Of a stretch of DNA of 64,000 bases, positions 53,851 through 64,000 are shown piece after piece. The DNA lies in the NCBI RefSeq assembly GCF_001194135.2, contig NC_068992.1:4913493-4977492 (forward strand), written 5' to 3'. The notes beneath the pieces were generated by a model. That model was not told the DNA's origin. It did no database searches and saw nothing but the letters and a program-made list of their open reading frames with translations. This DNA is from Octopus bimaculoides (taxonomy: Eukaryota). Position 1 is the first letter of the stretch; the number at the start of each line of letters is the position of its first letter. The position numbers were made by a program, and so were the translations under genes.

Positions 53851-54011
53851 ACCCCCACACATATTTCATGTATATATGTATAAGATGTGAGACTAAACTA
53901 TGACTGGTTGCGAAGATTATTAGCTATAGAAGTAGAGATACATTTAAAATAAATTTGTGGCCTACCCTTTTAAAATTACATATTTTGTCTCTAATTAGCT
54001 TATCTTAATAT

Positions 54012-54106
<95 letters not shown>

Positions 54107-55892
54107 CTCATATACATATAACATAGCTTCCACCACTGATCCCTTGTGAACTTTGCAATAGACACCTCCATGCAAGAATCGGCCTCATTACTCATCAGAG
54201 GCATAAACACGGACAGAGTGGAATAAGCGTTTTAGAAGAAGCCAAATAAATTATCGGACACACGATAAAATGCCGACGACGACTATACAGAAGGAATGGT
54301 GTTGTCTCAAACTTTATTTAAAACAAATCTTTTGTTTGTTTGTGTTCTCACCAAATGATATATCTATAGAATGGAATTTCAAAGAAGAAGCTCAGAAATT
54401 TGGTGGATACTCCTTGATATATATTTGAACACATGTGGTTCGTAACAAGCCTTCATTCAGCATCAAATCACGTAGAGATAACTGTATTATATCAATATAT
54501 TTTAGATTTGTTTTCTACTTTTCATGTTTTACATTAATTTTGAACAACTAAATTCAATCATATCATAAGCTACTTACACAAAGTTATATTACATAAACGT
54601 GTAATTATTAATAATCTCTCGAGACATAAAATTTGCATATTTATAGGTATAATCAATCATACAACCTCCGGTATTTGAAAGCTATTATTTGCGTTGAAGG
54701 TATTAGCCTCAAAACGAATTCAATGACCGAAATATGTCACAAGGAATGAGAAAAGTGCACTTCTAACAGTTTACTTGTTGCTCGAAAATAGCAGGCAGTG
54801 AACTTTGAGAAAATATCAAAACCCTCAATCAGAAACTTAATTTCGTTTGTCCATAATTACTGGATATTTATCTAAATGTATACATAATATTGTTCCTAAT
54901 CCACGCTATAATTCCTATTTCTCATAAAGAAGAACAAAAATATTTAAAAAAAAATATGTGATAGAGGTCGAAATAATGAATAAATTTTAAAGTATTGAAA
55001 TAGAGAACGTGACTTACTTTACAATACATGTATGAGAAGCATATGTGTGATATTTTTTTGTACTTGTAAATATTTATTTAAAACAATATTTGAGATTAGC
55101 TTGCAGGCACATTTGTTATTCAATTTAATTTCCTGCCCGCTCAATATCCATTCATTGTATGTTCTTTTGACTGCTGCAACTGTTTTGATAGATTCGCGCC
55201 GACAAACGTCACAACAGATATTTCTCAGGGCGTTAAACCTTTTTTTTCTTTTCTTAAAATATGATATCTCTATGAATTTATTAATGAATACTTGATCGAT
55301 AATTCCTTCCAACGTAATCAATTAAAAAACAAACAGCGCTTGAGACACATTGTGTTATCATTTCAAAACATAGAATTGGATTAACAGTGATAAGGCAAAA
55401 ATTGCTAAGAATACCATCCCAGAAAAAAAACAAATGAAATAAATGAATAAATAAATGAAGAAAATGAATCGAACGAAAAAGAAATATTCTACATTGATGA
55501 AAATTAATTTAAACATTCCTCACTTTGAAAACACAATGATTATTTCTGTGACAATATTCGGGCAAAGAAATTTGAAAATTTTCAAAAATATAAAACATTT
55601 GAAGTTTTGATATAAAGGAGAAAAATAATAATTTCGCTAGAAGACCAGAATTGTTTGGTTAGTTCATGAAAATATGTCATGGATTATATACATACATACA
55701 TACACACACATTCACAGAGAAGAAACTCACACAGTGATAGACAGACTTTCATAATTATAAATATATATGCACACACACGCAAACGCATATGTACTTGTGT
55801 ATATATAAGCATACACACACACGCACATGCATACGTACACACACACACACACACACGCGCACACATATATATAAACTTCTTTCCAGTTATTT

Positions 55893-56320
55893 GGCACGGC
55901 CATGCAGGGCTACCATCTTGAAATTTTAGTCAGCTGTTTCGACCATTGTACTAATTATTATTTTCTTTTTTTCAAATCTGATACTTAACTTATCGTACTT
56001 TTTTGTTGAACCGCTAAGTTACAGGGACGTAAACTCATCAATAGCAATTCTCAAGAAGTGATGTAGCGGGAGAAATATATACAGCAGGCCTCTTTCAGTT
56101 TCCTATTTCTTTATTGCACCCAGGGGGCTAAACATAGAGGGGACAAACAAGAACACACAAAGGGATCAAGTCGAGGATCCGTCAACCAAATCCACTCACA
56201 AGGCTTTGGTAGGACCGAGGTAATAGTGGAAAACACTTGCCCTAGTTTACATGTACTGGGACTGAACCGGGAACTATAAGGTTGGGAAGCAACCTTCTCA
56301 CCACAAAGCCACACCTGCGT
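55893..56320 (-). mobile_element. SINE family B, full length, interrupted by a nested insert
   Basis: Tail (GAACCGCTAAGTTACAGGGACGTAAAC), core (CTTTCAGTTTCC | CCGTCAACCAAATCCACTCACAAGGCTTTGGT) and head (GGGACTGAACCGGG...GGTTGGGAAGCAACC...CCACAAAGCCACACCTGC). Confidence 0.85.
56104..56177 (-). mobile_element. 5'-truncated retroposon 3' end (probably the SINE family A tail) nested in SINE B
   Basis: rc ends ...CCCCTCTATGTTTAGCCCCCTGGGTGCAATAAAGAAATA; splits the conserved CAGTTTCCGTC of family B with TCC on both sides. Family assignment is from recall. Confidence 0.65.
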
Positions 56321-56654
56321 TTATGTACCTATATAGTCAGATACATACATTTCTAATAAGCCGGGTGGATATTAGAAATACCCGTGAATGTTTTATTTAT
56401 ATTTTACTACATCAGAGACGACGAAATATTGTCCTTTATACGATTGGCTCTACATACGCATCATTGAAATTATCCCAAAATATCAAAACGTCAGTGACAT
56501 TTTCGTTGGCCGCTGATAGTTTGAATATTTTCCTGTCTCCGATATATGTATCTATTGTTTTTTAATATAGCCAATACATAAGATATGGTTTTTCAACACC
56601 ATCACGTCATCTTTTACACACAGATAGCTTACAGGGACGCTGCCATGAGCAAAA

Positions 56655-56935
56655 TACAAGTTTGCGAGTGATTTCCACAATTTGGGAATGGTCACTTGTC
56701 GTTTGAAGACCAAGATGACAGTCGACGTCCCGAATAAATAAAAACATCGAGAACTGATCGCGCTGAACCGTCAGCGAACAATTGACGAAATCATTAAAAC
56801 CATTTTCGAGCTGACTACTCACTGGTCATTTCCTCACGAAATGTTTCGTTCGTATCGCGGGCATTTTCAACTGATTTATGTCCTTTTTTTATGTTGAATA
56901 TTAAAGTTTCTCGAATATCTCGATTTGACAGTTCT
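56655..56935 (-). mobile_element. mariner transposase N-terminal fragment (cecropia-like)
   Basis: LSNRDIRETLIFNIKKGHKSVENARDTNETFREEMTSE*SARKWF**FR resembles Hsmar1-type IRAIFLFEFKMGRKAAETTRNINNAFG...ERTVQWWFKKF; multiple stops. Confidence 0.7.
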
Positions 56936-59900
56936 ATCTCAGATGATTGTAACAACAGTGAAGAAACCTTAGTCTTTTGGTTAGGAAAAATATTTATTTC
57001 AGACTCATTTGGCAATTGCAAGATATAGAGCAGGATATAGCCCTTATATTTGGGCTGGTATTTATTATAATCATCCACTGGTTCGTTCTTGTTCATCTGA
57101 CGTTCAACTTTATTTACAGATTGGGAGAATGTAGTAGACCGGCAAAATCCGTCCCTCAAATTGTTCTTAGTGGAATTTTCCTGGTTTTCTTTTCCAGACC
57201 TATTGGTGATGTGCTGTGATAATATTTCTAAGAGTTACGCCTGATTCCTCAAAGCTAAAATAAGTGAGATTCAATTTACTGATTTCAACGTCTATTGTTT
57301 TCGACAGTATTAACTTTGTCCCAAAGTTTCTATTGATTTCGTTTGTTTGTTGCTTTTATCATCGATAGAGAGTAAAATAGATAAGTAAATAAAACTATAT
57401 ACATGTATCTGTGTATGTATGTTCACTCTCTCATACACACTTACACACACACATATTTATAAGTTTGCTTATTCATATATTTGCGTGTCCATATTTTCAT
57501 TAATAATATGCAGATGCCGTGCGTTTGAGACAACACAAATTGTTTACAAGCATTTAGTTGTAGAAGTTTTAATTGTTGTTTTAAATGTGATATGAACACC
57601 ACCAAGGAATACAATTAATACTATATCCAGCATCAGTAATTAACTTTATACGTATAAACAGAAATATAATATAATACAGTCATGCTTTTCATTATTCACT
57701 CAATGTTTCGATGCGTAATGTAGATTAATTAACGTTATAAGTTTTTCAATTTCGGAATATTCTATATTAATTTGTGTACTTATGATAAGAAAGGTATTGA
57801 ACTTTTTGGTGCCAAACAATTTCTCAAATTACCTAAATTCAATTTATCTAATTTAAGAAGTTAACATTCGAAGACTAAATTGCCTTCGAAGCTGAATAAG
57901 AAAACAAAATTAACAAATGGTCACCTGAAACGAAAGGGATCAACTTGGACACTTAATATTATTCCAGTATAAATTCTATGTCCTTTCAAGATTGCTTCCT
58001 TCTACAAAAAGAGCGTGCCTGCAGATGACAGTTACATGATGTTCACATTTAAACTATGAATACATGCAAATATGGACAAATATGCATCTTATAATGCACG
58101 AAATTTCAAGTATTACACCAAATTAGAACTTATATTTAAAAAAAATATTTTATGCGATATTTTATTTTCGAAGACATTTAATTGTTTAACATGTCGATTC
58201 CAAATGTTTGGATACCATCTGATCAGCTGTAGCAAGTGTTATACATCGTGTTTTTACTGACTGACATCTAGTATGTTTCGTGAATAGGTAGAGGCTGCCT
58301 GACTCAGATCTTACAACACTATAAATGTGTGCTAAATCAGTTGCTCAATATTTCAAAGAAGACGTAATATGGTTCGATTTAGCAATAGGTTTTGATAAAA
58401 TCGACCATTAAATAATATGTCTTGGAAATAATTTCAAAGGTTTCTACAGACACTTTATAAGCTATTAGTCTCTGTTGACTGTGAATTTTGATTTTTTACT
58501 GTATTTGTATACACAACAGATACATGTAGCCGGTACCAAGATGCTGCTTGTTCCAACAGGATTAATTCAAACAGCTTAATGCTTTCATTGTTGTGCCTTA
58601 TATACCTGAGATTCCAAATTCAATAAATTAAATGTAAATCAGAATTAATTTTGTACTTTATGTAGCGATATCTGCTCTCAGATTAAATAATAGTGTATTT
58701 TATGAAATTCTCTCTATAATAATAACTCTAGTGAGATATGCTCCTTAGAAGCATCTTATGCAGATTGCAATACCGGGATTGTAGTTATAGTATGGAGCTA
58801 TTTCCAGAATATTAAGTATACCATTGAGGAAGATAAGAAGGCTGCAGAATTACGGGTGGAGTCCTTTTTACCACCGTTATAGCTGATTTATCTGGAGTTA
58901 CACAATATTTGGAACGACAATAACAAAATCAAATATAACAAAATCTGTGGGTAGAAACCTGCCAACAATTTATAAAATACACTGGAAACAATATCGGCAA
59001 CAAATGAAACAATGATATCAACTCAATAAAATAAGAGACAACAGCAGCAGCGCAAACATCATAAATGCTAAAACCACGTGATAACGATACAAACAGCTTC
59101 AATCAACATATCGAAACAACAGCAACTATGTAAACAACAGCATGGATAATTTATAGACAAGAGAAGCACGGAAGTATTACAATAGTAGAAGGAAATGTTT
59201 CCACGAAGAGAGTGTGACCTCGAGATGAGACCGTCAGGCATTTTGACGGAGAACAAGTTGCAATATATGAGCTATGAGTTTATATTTAATTGGTACCTTC
59301 AAAAAACAAAAACAAAACCAAACAATATTGCTGTCATACTGAAGTATTGCTCGCAGAATTTCTTATAGAAGTTAGTTCATCGTCTGCACACAATGCTTCC
59401 TACAGCAGTTTGTCTCAAGGAATATTCGGGTTAAACACACCTACTCGCAATCGTGTTTAAATGTATGCTCTTCAGGTACACAAATTTATTTCAGTACAAT
59501 CTGCTAACGTCACCATCGCATTGTTCACTAATACCGTTTTAAGCATCAACACGAAATGTTGGAATATTAATATATATGTAATGAATTGATGTATTTCGAA
59601 CATTTACATAAGTAGTATTTTGTTAATGTTCTTCTTTACAACAGTAGTCTAATATTGTGCAGATATGTAGATATCATTAAAGGAAATGTTTATATCAGGA
59701 AAAATTGCGTAGGAAGATATAGCGTATAAGATATAAGAAATTTTCAGCTATATTCAATGACGCATTTAACTAAAGGATGTCATGAGCGAAATAATATCTC
59801 ATGTCCTTTTGTAATTTACACTTTCGTATTCTTACGATACTGAATATAGAACATTTGATCTTCAGACGACTCGTTTTGAAATAGCATTCTAATTCTCTGC

Positions 59901-60023
59901 AAAAATTTAGTATGGACGTCAGTTGAATTTATGTTTGATATTGTCATCAATATTGGTAGCATTGTTATAACTAGAAGTGGATGTAGCATACAGACAGACT
60001 GTTAGTAGATCTTTAGCATATGG

Positions 60024-61286
60024 TATCAGGTCATCCCATAATTTCTGTCCGAAGTTTGAATAAAGACAAGTGATAACATTTTATATTTAATTCAAATTTA
60101 ATCATCAATGTACTTTCCTTGATTATCTATGACTTCCTTCCATCTATTTACAAGCTTTTTAGTACCATCAATGTATAACTCTTTTGGTTTCAAAGCGAAG
60201 AGCTCTAAAATGTCAGTTTCGAGCTCCTGCTGGCTTGTGAAAGTTACATCCCCTAAATGATTCTGTAAACTACGGAACAAATGGTAGTCTGAAGGAACAA
60301 GGTCAAGAGAATAAGGTGGATGAGGATTGTTTTCCCACCCAATCTCTTCGATCTTCTGTGAGGTGATCTTTTCAGTGTGGGGTCGTGCATTGTCCTGATG
60401 AAACATTGCTCGTTTTCGATTCAATAAAGTGGTTTCTTTTTTTCAAAGTTTGGTTCAAATGCTCTAATTGCTGACAGTAGACTTGAGCATTGATTGTTTA
60501 CACCTTTTCAAACCCACCAGATCGAGAGAAGGAACTTTTTCCATGAAGTTCCCTTCTCAGTTGTGGTTGAGCTTTTTCCCTTTTACCAAACCACTGTTTA
60601 CGACGTTTAACATTTCGATAGAAGATGCATTTTTCGTCACCAATCACAAATCTATCCAAAAAGGGTGAAATGGGTTCGGAAGAATGGAGAGAAGAGCAGA
60701 TGCCAACTCGAGATTTATGGTTGCGTGTGGACAATTCATGAGACACCCATTTTCCAAGTTTAGGAACCTTTCCAAGTTGTTAAAGATGACGATGAACAGT
60801 TATATTGTTTGAACGAACTAAGCTTTATTGCCAATTCTTCAACTGACAATGCAGGATTTTCTTCAAGTAATGCCCCAAGGAGCTTATCCTCAAACTCAAC
60901 TTGATGTCCTGTTCGATCTTCATCTTCAAGGCTGAAATCTCCAATTCTGAATTTTGCAAAACATCTTCTGCAAGTTGTTTCATTCAAGCATTCGTTCCCA
61001 TAAACTGAGTGTATGTTTCTAGTCGCTTCTGCTGCAGAGTTTCCATATTTTTGTACTCATAAAACGTTATGTGCTTCAAATGCTCTTTGGATACTTCCAT
61101 GTTAGAAAGGGTTTTAATCAAAGACATTCTAATTTTATTATTCTGTAAAATAATATTTAATTAGTTTAAATGTACACATACGCATAAAAATAATTTTTAA
61201 TTCCATTAGATATTCTAAAATACTATTAAATTTCATTCAATTTAAAAAATGATAAAATCGGACGGAACTTATGGGATGACCTGATA
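60024..61286 (-). mobile_element. Near-full-length mariner DNA transposon (~1.26 kb) with TIRs and TA target duplication
   Basis: Left TA + TCAGGTCATCCCATAATTTCTGTCCGA (60026-60052); right TCGGACGGAACTTATGGGATGACCTGA (61258-61284) + TA; 25/27 TIR identity; encloses a transposase pseudogene. Confidence 0.95.
60098..61100 (-). pseudogene. Frameshifted mariner DD34D transposase
   Basis: ATG at 61100 (MEVSKEHLKHITFYEYK). Fragments: CRRCFAKFRIGDFSLEDEDRTG, SHELS (WVPHEL-like), FLDRFVIGDEKCIFY, MFHQDNARPH, and PPYSLDLVPSDYHLF, with 34 residues between the second and third D. Stop at 60098-60100. Split over at least four frame segments. Confidence 0.92.
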
Positions 61287-61440
61287 GATATCGCTTACTT
61301 CCAAATGCTACGAGTTCNNNNNNNNNNTGTGTGAGAGTGTGTGCGTGTGCGTGAGTTTTCGTGTCTGTGTGATATGTGTATCTCTCTATATGTTTATATT
61401 TCTCTGTATCTATCTATCTATTTACCCCCTCTCTCTCTCT

Positions 61441-61483
<43 letters not shown>

Positions 61484-64000
61484 TATATATATATGCATAT
61501 TCCCAATTATTACGTACAGTAGCTGTAAGCGAAGACAGTTGTAATCGTCTTCTATTGTAGCTAACAAAATGCCTTGAAGTTAACGATGTAATACGCATGC
61601 TTCGAAAACTAAACTACAGCACATTTAATCCTTTTGGAGCTAACATGATGCCTATCAACTGCTAATGTATTATTGTATAACTTTAACTTTTATAAAACTT
61701 CATTTCTAATACTAAAGTGTTGCAACAGTAGAGAAAATGTAGCCAGATTATTACCTCAAATTTCTGTTACTGATATAATCCAGCTGTAGCAAAATTCACT
61801 AATGTCTATTGTTCCCTTGTGCATCTTCTATAATTCTTCCGACAATGTAAAATGGTAAGTTCTTTTTTTATTTTTATTTCGTAACAACGCTGAAATTCCC
61901 GGATATATACATAGATTTTCCTTGGGAATTTAGAAAATAGTTTAATCAAATTAAAAGGAAGAAAAAAGGTATATGCACTAAATAAACAAAATAATGTAAT
62001 TAGCTATTAACATTGTTTTCTATTGATCAGTTGCTTTTGTTTGAAGCTTAACATACGGTGAGTTAGTAAAAGTTGCATAAGCAAGCTGTACAGCGATATC
62101 TTACTTCAAAGGATTATTGGATTTTGTCCATTAAATGTCAATAATGTATGTATTTTAATCAATATTATTAAATTATACTGAACGATGTTAAGTCATGGAA
62201 GAAAAAAATCAGATAAAGTAACGGTATTTATGATATATTATTTTCGAGGCGAACTCACTTTTAGTTTCTATGTCTTCAACTTGTGATTTTACATTTCCGT
62301 TAGTGTCTAAAACATCTGCTTTCAAACTAATCTGTCATATTCCTTAAGAAGATTAAGCAAAACTACATAGAGATTTCGATTCTTTCAGAACATGTAATAG
62401 AATACGCTCAAATTGCAAACAAAAAGCCCTGAGTTAGATTTCAGATGTTAAGTTTATATCTGAAATATTTCTTACCTCGCTATGGAAAGCAATGAAACTT
62501 TCACAGCTGCAAATGACAGAGAAAGTAAATAGATTTTAGTAATTTACAACGTTGAAGTGTAACTTTAACAATATTAAATATAATCGGTTAGAAATGCTTC
62601 ATCTGGATTTAGAATTATAACAAAAACTGAGAAACCTTCGAATTGAGAGATTAATCTATCGCGAAAGAACCAAGTAGAAATTTCATGTATAATATAAAAA
62701 TTATCTCACTTTTCATAAAATTTTCCCTATGATAATGAAAAGACAATTTTAAAGCGTTTCACATCTACGTTTCTTTTATTTTTATTTATGCATTAACGTT
62801 CAGTTCAGGAGAAGGCACATTTTCGCACAAAATTATACATCCTCTTCCGTAAACCTAGCAAAGAGCTTTTGATTATAATCAAATATTTCCGAATGAAGCA
62901 GCTGTAGCAGCAGTAGTGATTTTAAAACTTCATTTCAGGCATATTGTTGCAGCCGTAAATGTATGACTAAGCATGGCAGTTTTGAACTCCATTTCTTTTT
63001 ATGGATAAACACTCCCAGTGATCTTAAGTAATAAAAATGTAGTGGCATTAGCAAAAATTAAAATAACATCTTCGTAACAATGTACAGAGAGTTTGTGCAA
63101 ATAGCCACGCATACGCCACTTATTATTCGAAAATAACCAAAAAGTTTTCCACGGGAATGGAGCCGAATAGTTCTTCATCTACGGTATAACATTCTCGCCC
63201 CAAAATACGTCCTAATCTTTTATGATTATATGGGTGTGCCGGATTACATAGGTCCGGATAATTTTAAAGACCTAATAGAAATGATTTTTAATACGATTCA
63301 TGTCACAGCTATTGATTATAGAAAATAAGACAGTATCTTCCGAAATATGAAAGATAATTGAAGTGGTCAGTGGAAGAATGAATGTATCTTCTTTAAGAGG
63401 ATGATAATGATGATGATAGCGACGAAGACTACAAAAACGACATCTACGAAAAGGGCGAAGACGGCGGTGGTGATACTGATGCAGTTCTATGCCATAAACG
63501 TCTGGTTAAACTAAAGATTATTAGCTACACAACGATATTTTTAGAGGTAGTACATAAAAAACGACCTTAATTCCAGATAATTTAAAAATTAATTTAACAA
63601 AATACTTCATTTCTTATCTTAAGAGAAAATCTGATCTTCGTTTAAAAAGGTAGGTGATTTGTATTGGAATGCTGAAATTTCTCAACATTTGTCGACTAGA
63701 ATTTATAGAATTAGATTAATGTATGAAAATATTATTAAATGTTATTCTACACAGTAACAAAACTTGAACGAATGTTAGAACAACATTGAATAGTTCAAAG
63801 GAATATATTTAGAAAATTAAGGTTGATAGGTATGTACTGATGTTGAATGTATATACCATTGAAACGAAATTAATGAAAACGTAAGCTGCTCTCAAATGTA
63901 ACTGAACTGCGTTTATATATGTTTACGCATCGGATGTGTTTATTTTTTACACTTTACCTGGCAGTTAGCTTTATACCCCAAAACACAAAACAAAATAAAA

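Noticed and set aside
63399-63500. Acidic ORF EDDNDDDSDEDYKND with FLAG-like DYKND
   Set aside because: Derived from a degenerate (GAT/GAC)n tract; the FLAG resemblance is coincidental, with no vector context.

Overview
AT-rich eukaryotic (metazoan) genomic DNA from a gapped draft assembly, with about 15 N-gaps that almost all abut microsatellites. The repeat landscape suggests a cephalopod, probably Octopus (inference): very dense (CA)n/(TA)n/(GA)n/(TACA)n/(TAGA)n tracts, several tRNA-derived SINE families, Penelope-like relics and several Tc1/mariner lineages. No host protein-coding gene can be identified; the window looks intronic or intergenic. Nearly all ORFs in the supplied track are microsatellite- or N-gap artefacts, or degraded transposon fragments. 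Best-supported features: a near-full-length, frameshifted DD34D mariner with TIRs and TA duplication (60024-61286); three other mariner fragments and one Tc1 fragment; about ten SINE copies; and two GIY-YIG (Penelope-like) relics. Most interesting observations: (i) a GC-rich island at ~36.3-36.65 kb holding a 34-nt candidate exon with strong splice signals, whose donor can be sequestered in a hairpin; (ii) a tRNA-headed SINE whose 3' part carries a minimal hammerhead-ribozyme-like motif (37.3-37.6 kb), with weaker hammerhead-like remnants in other repeat families; (iii) inverted repeat pairs that could form dsRNA. I cannot support a confidently novel multi-gene system from this sequence alone.
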